A stretch of DNA of 64,000 nucleotides from Octopus bimaculoides. Taxonomy: Eukaryota. The notes under the pieces are model-generated. The model was not told where the DNA came from and ran no database searches. It saw only the letters and a program-made list of their open reading frames with translations. Positions within the stretch are counted from its first letter, which is position 1. Each line of letters starts with the position of its first letter. The stretch covers positions 9,172,372-9,236,371 of the forward strand of contig NC_069000.1 of assembly GCF_001194135.2 (NCBI RefSeq). Reading direction: 5' to 3'. Shown in pieces: positions 52,031 to 64,000 of the stretch. A program made the position numbers and the translations under genes.

Positions 52031-53239
52031 TTGACAGGTACTTGTTTATCAACCCCATTAGGATAAAAAGTAAAGTTGACTCCAGTTTTATTCAAGCTAA
52101 TGTAATGGTATATAACTAAATATCACAAGACATAGAGTCTGGCACTTTACTGGCTTTGTGATCCTGATGAATGAAAATAAGATAAAGAACAACAATAATA
52201 ATAATTATAATCTCTCCTGACGTATTATAAATATTATTTTCTTTTACTATATTCTTGTATCATGAATATGATATAAAGGAAAATACATAATAAACTGAAA
52301 CAATAATGAAGACTGGAATAACAAGGTAGTGGCAGAGGAGGGGAGTAAAAATTAAAATGATCTTCAACTTTGAATACAAAATCACCTGATAAACATAATT
52401 AGTAGCTAGGTTGTGTGTTTGGACTGAAACTATTTCTCTTGTTTAATCTTAACAGATGTTTTAACCAATACAATAATGATGATAAACAATTTGATGAGAA
52501 AGTTTGCCACAAAACATTTGGCAACAAATAAACTACTTGGAATGTATTAACTTCATGAAGTTTATAAGGTTCCTTTACAGAAACTATTATTAATTTCTGT
52601 ATTGATGATTATTCTTTTTGTTTTGTCTGCGTACATTTTTTTCATTCTTGCACAGGTTGGATGATATTGCAAATTTAGGTTTATACATAAATTAGGCCTA
52701 AAATGAAGTTAGTTGTTGGCAATTTTCTGGTTAGCTGTCAGTAATTTTCTGGAGAGAGAGGGAAAACCTTAAGTTTTAATACTCTATTCTATTATAGTTA
52801 TACCAATTTCTCAATCATTTCTGAGTGTAAGATACTTTCAGTAGAAAAGGTTTCATTGAATAGATCTGGACAGAAAAGATTTCATAGAACAGAATGGTTC
52901 AAAATGTATGTTCATCCACCCCTCAACCCTTCCCAAATTTTATAGTCTGTCGCCTCATCCTTTCATCTTCTGCTATTCATACAAACTTGCAAGCCACTCA
53001 TCTACCCACTTCTATTCACCCTGTGGGGTCACCTGGGCTCCTCACTGATATAATCTATCCCTTTGCAGCTCCTACTAATCATTTTCTTTTCCCTCTCTCC
53101 CTCTCCATCCCCTACTAAATGTGTATAGCCATACAGGTCCTCTACAAGAACCTGCTCTGATATCTTTGCTTTTCAAAGTTTAACACCTCATCTCCTAGTA
53201 TGAAGATGACCTAACTCACTTTCCCCCAGAGTTTGTAGT

Positions 53240-53450
53240 CTTGCAAGCTGCATGACAACCTCAATAGAGCAGGTGGCATGAAAAAAGCACTCAGCACACA
53301 CTGTAAAGTGGCTGGCATTTGGAAGGGATTCAACCAGTAGAAACCATCCCAAAGCAAACATTAAAGCATAATGCAGTGCTTGGACTCATCAAATCCTGTT
53401 TAACCATCCAACTCATGCCACCCAGGAACACAGACGTTAAATGATAATGG

Positions 53451-53495
<45 letters not shown>
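53240..53495 (+). mobile_element. (GAT)n-tailed SINE, sense orientation; related pieces at 47365-47425(+), 50700-50975(+), 60320-60720(-)
   Basis: ccatccaactcatgcca..gacgttaaatgat(gat)n is the reverse complement of the 63768 tail. Confidence 0.8.
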
Positions 53496-53496
<1 letters not shown>

Positions 53497-53863
53497 ATAT
53501 TATTTACAAAGGACGGATAAGTGTTTTCACCTTGCTTGTTGTTACCACAACTGATGTACTCTCCATCCTTCATCAGGTGTTCTGGTGGAATTTCGAACCC
53601 AACCTTTGTTTGACTAATGGAGTACCCTATTCTCATTCCTAAGGTATATTTTTGTTGATGTTATTTTTTCTGTTGATATTATTTCCCAAATCCCTGCCTG
53701 GGATTAGACTCAGAACCTGAGAGTTAGTAGCCCACGCTCTTATCCGCTATACTATGATGATGATGATGATAACTGAAAACCTTAACAAAAACAATGGCAG
53801 TGATGATGACAATGACCTTGAATAAACAATGATAATAAAAAAAAAATCAAGTAAAGATATAAA

Positions 53864-53916
53864 TGTCTTTGACCATCATGTCTTTGACCATCATGTTTTG
53901 ACCATCATGTCTTTGA
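53864..53916. repeat. 15-bp minisatellite (tgtctttgaccatca), about 3.5 copies
   Basis: Direct inspection. Confidence 0.9.
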
Positions 53917-55439
53917 TATTGTCCAGTCTGAGGTTAACTGACTGACTGACTGTTTGTTTTAAGACATTCCAGTTATGACCATACAATTATTGGGGGGGGG
54001 GGAATAGATTGCCCTCAACTGCATTATCTAATGTGTCCCTTTTTTTTTAAGATTGTAGGGTGTGGTTTGGGGGAGATTTGGCTGGCATTTGTAGCAAGCC
54101 AAGCAACCAAATTGATACTTCATTATTGGTGGCTGTTGTTGTTTGTGATGATAATTTTGATGATGACAAAGATGATGCAGAAACCATTAAAGTTCTTTAT
54201 TGCTACACTGAATAGTTACTTATTATCAATGTCTTTCTTTCTCTCCTTCGTTGTATTTGTCCAGCCTTCAGCTGATATGAAAAATTGCTGAAATCCCAGG
54301 TCCAGTTTATCCCAGTTTCATGATAGCATGAAGCATAGTGTCTCCACATCTTTCTAAATAATAGTTGTCAGTTTTATATTTATGTCGAAAAACAAGATTA
54401 TAGAAGTCATTTTTGTTTGTTTGTACATTTTCCTTTCTCTTTCCATTGGAGATGACTAACAATTGTTATGTAAATGGACACTTGGTCACAAATACCACAG
54501 AATGACATTTGCACAGAATTATAGCTGCCCCTGACAACTGGTTGATAACTAGAAACACTTTGGGGAAAATGAATAAATTGAAGTAAATACATATTTTTAT
54601 TCATACTAAATTCATGCCATTTAATTTTATTTCACTTAATGCATAACCTCACCCCACCCCATAATTCAAAGACAAAACAAGTAGCATGATTATAGTTTAA
54701 GAAAGTTTACAATAGGTAAGTATGCTGTTTGGTTGCGGGGAAAGAGATTTTTCTATGAACTTGACATATTCTTCGTTGAGTCTCAAAGATATTAATTTTT
54801 TTTTTTTACTATGTTGGGCTTATGATGTAAAATTATATATAATTTGCAAATAAATGCCAGAGACAGAGGAAATTAGTGATGGTGTACATCAACAAAAATT
54901 ATTGTTGATAATTTTCATTAGAGGAGAGATCTTTCTCTGATCTTCTATCGTTTTACTTGTTTCAATCATTGGACTGTTGCCATGTTGTTGGAACATCACC
55001 TTGAAGGGTTTAGTTGAACAAATTGACCCCAGTACTTATTTTCAAAGTTTGGTACTTATTCTGTCTCTTTTGTTTAAGTGCTAAGTAATGGGGACATAAC
55101 CCAATACTGTTAGTCAAGCAGTGAGGGTGAGGACAAATATACACCCCACGCACACATACACACCCACAGGCTTCTGTCTCTCTACCAAATACACTCATAA
55201 GAGTTTGTTCAGCTCAGGGCTCTAGTAGAAGACAGTTGCCCAAGGTGCCATACAGTGGGACTGAACCCAAGACTACATGGTTGGGGGTAAAAAGTTTTTT
55301 AAATATATTAAAATTGAAAAGGTGGGCAAATAAGTTGCACACAAGTTACAATGAAAATCAACAAGGTAAATGTTCTTAGTTCAAACAGTCTTCTAAAACA
55401 TTTTAAAATATATTCTAAATAAAAGATTACGAAGATTAA

Positions 55440-55740
55440 TAAGGATATTTCTTCTGGAATCTCCCTTGTTTTATCAATTTTTGAGCAGATTTCAAAATCT
55501 TATGGTATCACAATCATCTAATCTACTTTAATGAGTGATGATCCTTCAAAGTTCTCTTGTATTTGCAAATGTCCTTTCCTGGTGCTGCTATTTAGTTCTC
55601 TGGAAGATGGCCTGAGAATCAGACCATCTTACAAGATTCTTTTCTTTGTTCGCAATTAGATCTTACTTCTTTGATTTTATACATTTGTAGATGAGTAAAT
55701 CTGTTTTCCTTCTTGCTGTTCAATTTTTTGGTACATGGTA
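55440..55740 (-). mobile_element. Decayed LINE ORF2 pre-RT segment
   Basis: Minus-strand KIDKTREIPEE resembles the KI..TGEIPE motif at the RT N-terminus. Confidence 0.45.
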
Positions 55741-55844
55741 TGTGAATTCCTTTAGAATACAATACCAATGTTATCATATTCCTCTTCCAATCACTTTTCC
55801 TTTTTATCTCTCTGTACTACTCCCCCACCCACCATAAATTTAGA

Positions 55845-56700
55845 TAGAGGGAACTTATGTTGACAACAAACAGTAGCAATCAGAATTGGAAATGAAATAG
55901 GGAAATATGAGAGGATCAAGAGAAGGCTATGACAAAGGCGTGTGTTATCATCAGGCCTGTTTTTATTATACAGCGAAATAATTATGCAATCTTTTGAACA
56001 TTTACCAGTTATTTGGATAAGAGGACAAAACATCAATAATCATTGTGCAGATGACAAGGTCCTCCTGGCAACATCAGAGAAAGATCTACAAGCTATTATT
56101 AATAAAAGATTGGCTTGAGTTTTAACAGCATAAAACAGAGACATCAACAATTTCCGACATAAGAGTTAATCGAACAACTTTGAAAAAGTCAAAGCTTTAA
56201 ATTATTTGGGAACTATTATTACGTCAATTGGAAAAAAAAAAACATCAAAGAAACTAAATGAAAGATTCAACAGGTGAAAACTACTTTCAATGAGATCAAG
56301 AATAAATGGTGATCCATATGATTGAGAAAAAATCCTAGGGGAAAACACAAACCACATTATTACATATGACTCTGTGACCAGGAACACCAACAAATGAATG
56401 CAAAAGCTTTTCAATGTTGCAGAGATGTAATTTTTTAAATGGTTAGCGAAGATGTCCTATAGTAAGAAAGGTTGAAGTCCGTAGATGAACAGAGATCATG
56501 AGAAAATTTTAATAATATCAGGAGACAACAGGTTAAGTTCATTGGACATCCACTTGGTGGAAAACTGACAGAAGTTGAAGACAGAGGGAGGAAATACTTG
56601 ATAACTTTACCAGTTGACAAGAGAAAGACCAAGCCAATAACTTGCTGTCTATAGGAGAGCAGGGATGGAGGTTTTTTTTTTTTCAGATGTCTGTAGATAA
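55845..56700 (+). mobile_element. Decayed RTE-like LINE, RT core and downstream region
   Basis: QTVAIRIGNEI..RIKR, NNHCADDKVLLATSEKDLQ (YADD-equivalent) and a YLGT-like motif occur in order. Confidence 0.75.
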
Positions 56701-59700
56701 GGTACATAAATGAAAAACTTTGCTTTACCTTGCTCGTACATTTCCATATAACTTATGACATATGACTTATGAATTTTTTTTAAGGAGAGTGGCTGTTCAT
56801 CAACAGTTATTCATTCAGTCATCAGTGAGTTGTTCAATTCAACAGACATGGTATCATGAAAACAAATCACCCAAGTTGGAAAAGAAGTAATTTAGTGAAC
56901 TATCAAACTGACTTGTCATTCTCTTCAGCTTTTCATAAATTTACCTACTTCCAGTCTACTTCATACAAAGATGAGTAAACATACAAAATATGGTTGTAAA
57001 ATGAGGAAACAGTGACTCAGAGAACAGCCACTTAAGATCCAGCTGCTCTTTATTTCTAGTAAATTCCCCTCTAGCTTCCAGTCTCAACTTAAACCACCCT
57101 CTATCCTCTGCCATTTATCAGAATTAAATCAAAGACATTACTATTCTTTTTATTCCCATTTGTTTAAAGGAAATCTTCAAGGTGAAGTAAGTTTTCTTGA
57201 AAAAAGAAAACAATAACATATATATTTGATTAGAAAAACAAAAAGGAAATCTTTCATTCCTGAAACTGAAACATCAATTACTTTTACCTGCCACAGGTGT
57301 GTTTTTATGATTAACAAAGATGTTTTCAACAGGTTTCATTCCTTTTAACACGTTACTATCTATTTTGCCTTTAAATAATGAAAAATGTTTTGTATATTTA
57401 TCTTTTTCATTCAATGACTTCATTTTTTAAAGACTTTCTTTTAAATGCACAGAGTATAAGATAATTAAAGTAATAATGATGTTATCAGAGCTCCTATATC
57501 ATAAGGTTTAGTTTATTTTCTTAACCCTGAAATAACAGAATGGTGTCTAGAGTTACCTAACCAAGAGAGGAAAATAAAAAGTGAGGCTGTAAGAAAGAAA
57601 ATACCAAAAATAAAATAAAGAAAGAAATGAAACTCATAAAATATATAAGACAAAGACGCTTAAAATTGAAACAAGATCTTCTTAGTTCTCGACCTGGCCC
57701 TTTAACATGAAATTTCTCAATCAAAATTTTGTTAATGACCAACTGTCCTAACTATTAGTCATCAATTCTTAGACTTTCAACTAAAGAACAAATAGGAAAT
57801 TAGTTAATTAATCAATTAATAAATTGTTTAGGGTGTGGTGATCTGGTGGAAATGGGAAAGTACTGAACTAATAATATACAGAAGTTTGTTACATTCCAGT
57901 AAATTTTGAATTGGAATTCTGACTTTGACTTGATATTTTCAAATCTGGTGTCAATAGAACACACACACACACACCCATACACAATCATGGAAAGCAGACC
58001 GAGAATGATGATGATGATATACTATAATTCAGTCTTAACAACTTAATTCAAGACTATCTAGAACCCCAAGGGGCTCTTAAAGACTTGTATTTAGCTCTGG
58101 TTTTAACAGTATTAAGTGTTGATTTTAACAAACTTCTTATGTGCCTGTTTTCAGGTTATATTAGAGACAATTATAATAAAGTACAAATTATCAACTTTTT
58201 TTTTCCACTCCCAGAGGGTGTATGAATTTTATGAAGCAAGCATTCCAATATAACTCATAAACCATTCCTTGGTTATACTTTATTGGCAACTAACATTAAG
58301 AAACTTATTCCAAAATCATTCTAATAATGCTGGGCGGAATACAGATGACAATAATTATTGACATTATTCTTTCTAACGCCAGTTTTAGTTTGTTTATTGA
58401 TTTAATTTCCATATCTTTGGCTTTTCACTATAGTATTAATTTGAGTAATTTTTTCCCCATGCTTCTCACTTCAATCTTTGAATTTCTATACTCAAGTATG
58501 ACTGTATAGTTAACCATGATTCCAGCTTTAGTCCCACTGTGTGGCATATTGGACAAGCATCAGTTTAAATACTAAAAGGTTAAATAAAAACTTATTTCCT
58601 TATAATATAGCTCTAGATACACTGTGTCTGAAAGGAAAAACATTAATGGTCAAGGCTGGAATGCCTTTGATCATAAATTATTTGAAAAATAATTTTGCAG
58701 TTGATATCCTTCCGGACACTGATCCATTTTGCCAAAGCCAAATAGTTTAAGTTTGAGGTCAATCACTTGATTCAATATGAGTATAATACTGGTAAAAACT
58801 TTAATGACAATCTAAAGCAGGGATGTAAAACTGTTTATCTAGACTCAAATTTGAAAAACCCACTGATAAAGCCTCTTAAAAACACAGATAAAAATGGAAA
58901 AAGTTTGAACTCTAAGATCAAAACAGCCATTTTATATAAGTTGCATATCTATGGATTTATAAAATTAAAAATACATTAGTTTTTGCAACACACATACACT
59001 CCCACAGATTTTGTGCACTAGCAGTTTGCTCTCTGAACTGAAAAGGTTCCCAACCTCTGCACTCTAGGAATGAAAAGAAATTTGCTCCTGACATAGTTTG
59101 AACTCATATCTGTAAAAGACATAAACTGGATATTTAATACTGTTACGCATTCCATTTACAACTGCTTCAGCCATCCCTGCCACCATTAATAATGTTGCTG
59201 TTGCTGATGATGTGAAGTGGAGGAGGAGGAGGATATTGTTATTGTTGACTGTGATGATAATATTTGTACATTTTCTTAAATGACTCTAAGTTAATTATGT
59301 GATGTTATTGATTCAAAAAGTAGATAAACACTATTAAATCTGATATCACGTCTCCGATCTATATTGGTAACCAATATCAATGCTTATATTTCATAAAACC
59401 GTACACTCTTTAAAAAGTGGAGCAAATTTTAGAAAATTGTGCAGTCTTTAGGAACTTATCAATAGTGGTAATGACTGCCAGATATAAATAGGCGATTTTA
59501 ATTTGGCTTCAGAGCTGTATAGTTGAACATCAATGTGTAAATGTTATGTGTGCTTCTGGTGTTGGCAGTTAGCAGTGACTTTGTAGCTTACTTGGTACTT
59601 AGGTTCTTTATTTTTTACATTCTTCTTTTGGGGGGAAAATTATTTCTTTTTCTCTATCTTCTCAAACTTCTCCAATTTCTCCATCTCCTTTTTCTACTTC

Positions 59701-62700
59701 TGTCTTCTAACTCCTATTTTTACTGTAATCTATTTTTTCACATTCTTCCTGACCTCATAACTGTATTCAGTTGAACCAATGAAAAGGGCTTCTACATGGC
59801 CACTCAAGACTTTAAAAACAACAGCTGAATCACCTTACTTGCCTTTAAAAAGCACACAATTTATAAGGTAGTTCTAGATACAGGATATCTGTGAAGAAAA
59901 AGATAGGATGATTTGACCTGAAATACTTTTAATCATATGTCTGCATCATCAAAACCGAGCTGAATTAAACAACTTTATTCAGTATTTCAGTCCCAAACTC
60001 ACAATATATAATTATTCTTTCAAAAAGTATCTAACAGATTACTAGTCTTTGCAAAATTTTTATTCGGTTTAAGAGTTAGATATTGATAAGTAATACTTAA
60101 TCCAGCTTTCTTAAAGGCCTAGACATGCAGTTTGCTGTTTTTGTATCATTGAATAACTTCAGTTAAATCAGCTTCAGCAGAACTATGACATAATAGGTTT
60201 ATAGTAATTTAGAAGTCTTACACCCAAAATAACATATCACACACAAATTTCTTATAAAGCAAGAATAAATTTGCTGACAAATGAAAATAAATAATTTTGA
60301 ATAAATTTATCTTTAGATGGCTATCATCATCATCACCACTATTTAATGTCTGTTGTCCATGCTGGCATGGGTTGGACAGTTCAATAGGAATTGGCAAGCC
60401 ACAGGATTGCACCAAGCTCCAGTGTTAGTCTTGGCATGGTATCTATGGCTGGATGACCTTCCTAACGCCAACCATTTTACTGAATGTACTGGATGCTTTT
60501 TACAAGATGCCAGCATCAATGATGTCATCAAATAACTTGCAAGGTAAGAACCCTCAGCTGAGGCAGGGAGTAGAATTGAGGGAGGTGCCTTTGTGCCAGG
60601 TGACAGAGAAAGGTGTCTGGCTGTAGAGGAGATACATGGCAACCCCAGTTGGAAAAAAGAGAGATAGAGGAAAGATGGTGGTGAAGATGTGTCTGGGCGT
60701 ACTCTCAAATTACACAGAGGTGAATATAAGTGGTTATATCTAAATTATTCATAAAGTATAAGGTTAATTTTAAAATTTTGTATAGTAAGCCAAACTAACA
60801 AGACCCAAATATATTACTAATGTGTAGTTTACTGAATCTAGGGATAAAAAATAGATATTATACTATTAGGATTTGAGCTTAAAACAAAAAGAAATAAGAT
60901 AAATTTGAAATTGCATTTAGTTTGCCTTTGATTTTCATGGCTGTCTTAATACACATCCAAAATAATGCAATAAATGATAAATATTATATTGGCATTATTT
61001 ATAGCTGTGATTTTGTCAAAGAATAAAACTTTAATGTATAATTTGAATTTGTTGATAGAGTTATGCAATTAGAAAAGTTACTAAAAACACATAACACATT
61101 CTAAAAAATGATCAATTAAGGAAAATTTGGTATCATATGAATTATTAGAATTTTCATTAGAAATTCTCAAATAGTACAGATTAATTGATATAATAATGAT
61201 ATTTTATTACTAATTTTTGTTGTTGCTGCAATTATATCTTTAAACTGTCTATGAGAAAACTAGGTTAATAACATATCTCCGATACAAAATGGAATGGTTT
61301 GTGATAGTCTCATCACTGAAATGCATTCCTAAAGATAAACAGAAATGTTAAAACTGAAGAACTTTTGCAGATAACCATTAATGAACTATTTGGTCAATAC
61401 TATAATTTTCTTTAGGTTTTGATGGTAGAAATTAAGATGGAAATAAATCAAGACTTCAAGAGTATATTTTAGGAACCTTCACTCTATCCAAAGATATCAA
61501 ACTTTGTACTGAATTATATATCTAACTTTCTACATTAATCACAACAATAGTAATGACAAAGATAATTATACTCTGAGATTGAACAGAGATGCTGAGAGTG
61601 CATGAATTACTAGTAATCTATAACATGGTTTTCCATGACATTCAAACATCTTATGAATTGTAAAAAGTACACATGTAATTCGATTGAGTTTCCAAGCTAC
61701 TTTACAGAAATTTAAAATTCAATAAAGTTACACATGAAAATCTTCAATTGATATTATAATAAGTCACTGAATCAGCAGAGTGCCAAACAACAGACAAGAA
61801 GAACATAGGTCATATCTTGTCATCAGCGTTGCAGTGTTCCTAGCTAAGATTTGAACTATCAGAAACCCCTATACTTTAGCACAAAGTTTAAGTCAGAACA
61901 TTCCAGATATATAAAATAACTTTGTAATATATATCTTCATGATATAAACATGGCAAAAATATTTAAAAAAATATAGTGTCAGTTGGTGAATAAGTTTGAA
62001 TCATATTAGTCAGATGGATGGTTTATTTACAGAGTGGCTTCAAAATATTGGACCATACTAATAATTTTCACAATCTTAAGATTACTAATCTAATTTTGTT
62101 ATATCAATTTCTGATGTCTATATATGAAACATAGATAACATAGATACACTTAACAGTTCTATACCATGTTGATATCAGTTAGCAATTTAGAAGAAATATT
62201 TGGAAAAGATTATGCATATTTTATAAGATATGTCTTAGTTTCAGGATATTTCAAAATATAGGATTTCCTTATCATGGCATGCAGTAACTGTGGGAGGTTT
62301 GATAGTTGTTTCAAATAACAAAATTGGATTTCAAGAATTGTAAACCAATTCTTAGCAGTTGAAAGTGATATTTTCTTATACATTATGATGTAAAGAATGT
62401 CTTTCTAACAATTAAAGTTTAACACAGTCATTTTGTATCATTTCTGACTTGCAATCTCTCTTTAATATTTGATGATGCTACAACACAGAACCATTTTAAA
62501 TTCAATCATAGCATCTGAAAGTGTTTGACAAATACTTTAAATTAAGTTATCTTTAGCAATCATGTAATGTGTTTTTATAATTGTTCCCTGAAATAATTTC
62601 ATGAAAGTGCTTAAAGTATAAAATATTTTAAAGTGATTTATTATGATCAATATCTTCGGAACTGTTTATGTAATATTGAGATTAAATTAGATTGTAGAGT

Positions 62701-63767
62701 TGCTTCAGAAATAAAGTGAATATTTAACAATTGAATTTCATAATTCTTTGTTCAAATCCCCAAATTCTGTGGTTTTAAGTTAGTAGCCATAATATACTGT
62801 AGTTTAGCAGACTAACTATACCACTTCCTCTTCAAGAAGGCTGTTCAAGCTTCAGTGAACATACAATGAAGCCAAAATAATTACTTTGAAGAAATAAAAA
62901 TATTAATCCATTACATTTGCTTGAACCTCAGACTACTTACGAAATGTGTAAGCAAAAATATAATATTGTAATTTGGGTTAATTTGGGTTAATAGTCTTGT
63001 TTCTAACCTTTGTAACATATATAGTTTATTTTGGAGAAAAAAGCCCAAACACCAAACAAACGATAGAAAGTTTTCAGTATGTGTTATCCTTATTACTGAT
63101 ATGTTTTCTGTAAACTATAGATTTTTTTTTCCTTAAATGTATAATAACAAAAAAGCATTTATTGTTCGATGTTTTATTAAGTGTCTATTTAGAGTGAAAA
63201 CAGTTATAAATGGAATGTTTTTTCTTGTTGAAGTCACAGTTTGAGATTCATTTAGACTGTTTTAGACAAAACATGTCTGCCAATCTTTATCTCTCTGTCT
63301 CACATACATGAAACATTTTCTGAAAATCATGCTAACTACAAATAAGTTAATCAACATTTTATTGTCAGAAATCCAATGGAAAATGGTTGGAATAATTATG
63401 CATTCTCTAAACCATTTCCTAATATACACATTGTCATCCATCAAATTTCAAATCCACAAGTAGGTTACATATCAGCATAATAAAACATTATTCTAAATTA
63501 TAATGACTGAACTAAAAGTAAGAAATATTGATTTGGTCAAATACTAAGGGAACAAACCAAAATAAATTCACCAATGTTGTTGTGTTTATGTCTCTGAAAC
63601 TTAGCGGTTTGGCAAAAGAGACCAATAGAATAAGTATTATAGTTATTAGCTGACCTTGTGCCTTCAAAAATGACAGCCAATTGTAGTATTTTATATATAA
63701 ATAAGGTATAAAATAAGGTACATAATAATCACATATACAAACATTCACATACTTCCCTTGTACATGC

Positions 63768-64000
63768 ACATCATCATCATCATCATCATCATCATCGTTT
63801 AACGTCCGCTTTCCATGCTAGCATGGGTTGGACGATTTGACTGAGGACTGGTGAAACCGGATGGCAACACCAGGCTCCAGTCTGATTTGGCAGAGTTTCT
63901 ACAGCTGGATGCCCTTCCTAACGCCAACCACTCAGAGAGTGTAGTGGGTGCTTTTACGTGTCACCCGCACGAAAACGGCCACGCTCGAAATGGTGTCTTT
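63768..64000 (-). mobile_element. Young (CAT)n-tailed SINE, runs off the window end
   Basis: (cat)n cgtttaacgtccgctttccatgctagcatgggttggacg; CpGs intact; near-identical to 26299 and similar to 28503. Confidence 0.92.

Noticed and set aside
57640-57710. RRLKLKQDLLSSRPGPLT, resembling an RPEL repeat
   Set aside because: A stop replaces the EL..NIL half and there are no splice signals.
1-64000. rRNA, intact tRNA, CRISPR array, intact transposase or RT
   Set aside because: None seen; tRNA-like pieces are SINE heads and all TE coding remnants are disrupted.

Overview
AT-rich (roughly 70% by eye), microsatellite-dense eukaryotic scaffold with 8 N-gaps. The repeat landscape (tRNA-derived SINEs with (CAT)n or (ATT)n tails, decayed RTE/CR1/Penelope retroelements, hAT/mariner/piggyBac-type MITEs) resembles an octopus genome; this is my recognition, not a search result. 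Nearly all short ORFs in the supplied track are microsatellite, gap or repeat artefacts. The one convincing protein-coding locus is a minus-strand gene that I assembled by hand from four exons: 41101-40649, 30322-30272, 18924-18763 and 15833-15096. Each has AG/GT boundaries and is phase 0-0. Together they encode a low-complexity protein with five neurogranin/GAP-43/PEP-19/igloo-type IQ calmodulin-binding motifs. The first exon is basic and His-rich (2 IQ); the later exons are acidic (3 IQ, each preceded by DIDLxDP). The two large exons can alternatively read through their donors to a stop, which suggests a short His-rich 2-IQ isoform and a long isoform with a hydrophobic Cys-rich tail. The true 5' and 3' ends of the gene are not resolved. 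All splice and isoform calls are sequence-only predictions.
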